DNA of 64,000 nucleotides from Antedon mediterranea (Eukaryota; Animalia; Echinodermata), in contig NC_092679.1 in the NCBI RefSeq assembly GCF_964355755.1, forward strand, positions 23,357,432 to 23,421,431. The letters are read 5' to 3'. The first letter of the stretch is position 1. Every line of letters begins with the position of its first letter. The notes beneath the pieces are model-generated. The model was not told where the DNA came from. It saw only the letters and a list, made by a program, of their open reading frames with translations, and did no database searches. Position numbers and translations under genes: made by a program. Shown here one piece after another: positions 63,499 to 64,000 of the stretch.

Positions 63499-64000
63499 GT
63501 AAGTTTATTTGGTTTTCTAGACATCATATAAATCCCTACGGCAGACTAATATTTGATACTACACTAAATATTATGTCCTCTTAATCATCCAGGTGTTTTC
63601 AATGACCATTTTAGTGTGTGAAGACTGCGAAATATTTATTATATTTATTATTTAAACCCAACTTCCCCATTCATTACAAAAGTTCAGGTGTCAAATTTCT
63701 CATGACCTCATCGATTCCACCCTATTCTCAGTGCTGCTGTATCTCCACATACTATCTATTTCCGAGGTATCATAGAAATATTTGGTTATACAGCATCTCA
63801 TTTGTATCACATAGTGGTGCCTGTATCATGTAAGGTTAGGTTAAGTTAAGGCTTCGGTTACTGCTAGATACATGTGAAACATGTGATGTTGTATTACCAA
63901 ATATTCCTAGGATACTTAAAAAATAGATACAGTACCGAGAATCGACTGTCGATTCTGATCATAAACTTCGGTCAAATTTTCTCTCTTGTGAACAAATACG

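Overview
AT-rich, intron-rich animal genomic DNA, probably an invertebrate deuterostome (inferred from Link modules and gene structure). It is not prokaryotic, so most track ORFs are single exons or repeat artefacts. Gene order: a 40/47-bp satellite (1-1805); two tandem minus-strand paralogs encoding a secreted signal peptide + PAN/Apple + 3x Link protein, each with a 22-nt micro-exon; KATNBL1-like (-); THADA (+); L2HGDH (-); and TDRD9/spindle-E (+, runs off the right edge). Non-coding space holds a TGT...ACA element with 5-bp TSDs and TTGCGCAA arrays (2 copies), a hAT-like element with a 5-bp TSD, Kolobok-like and pogo-like MITEs, and a frequent short MITE. It also holds a 5'-inverted LINE fragment, two Penelope-type minimal hammerhead motifs with covarying stem II, tRNA-like sequences, and a satellite/inverted-repeat complex between L2HGDH and TDRD9. 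The best novelty candidates are the PAN-Link3 gene pair, the hammerhead motifs and the TTGCGCAA-array element. All calls were made by eye without searches, and exon coordinates marked ~ are approximate.
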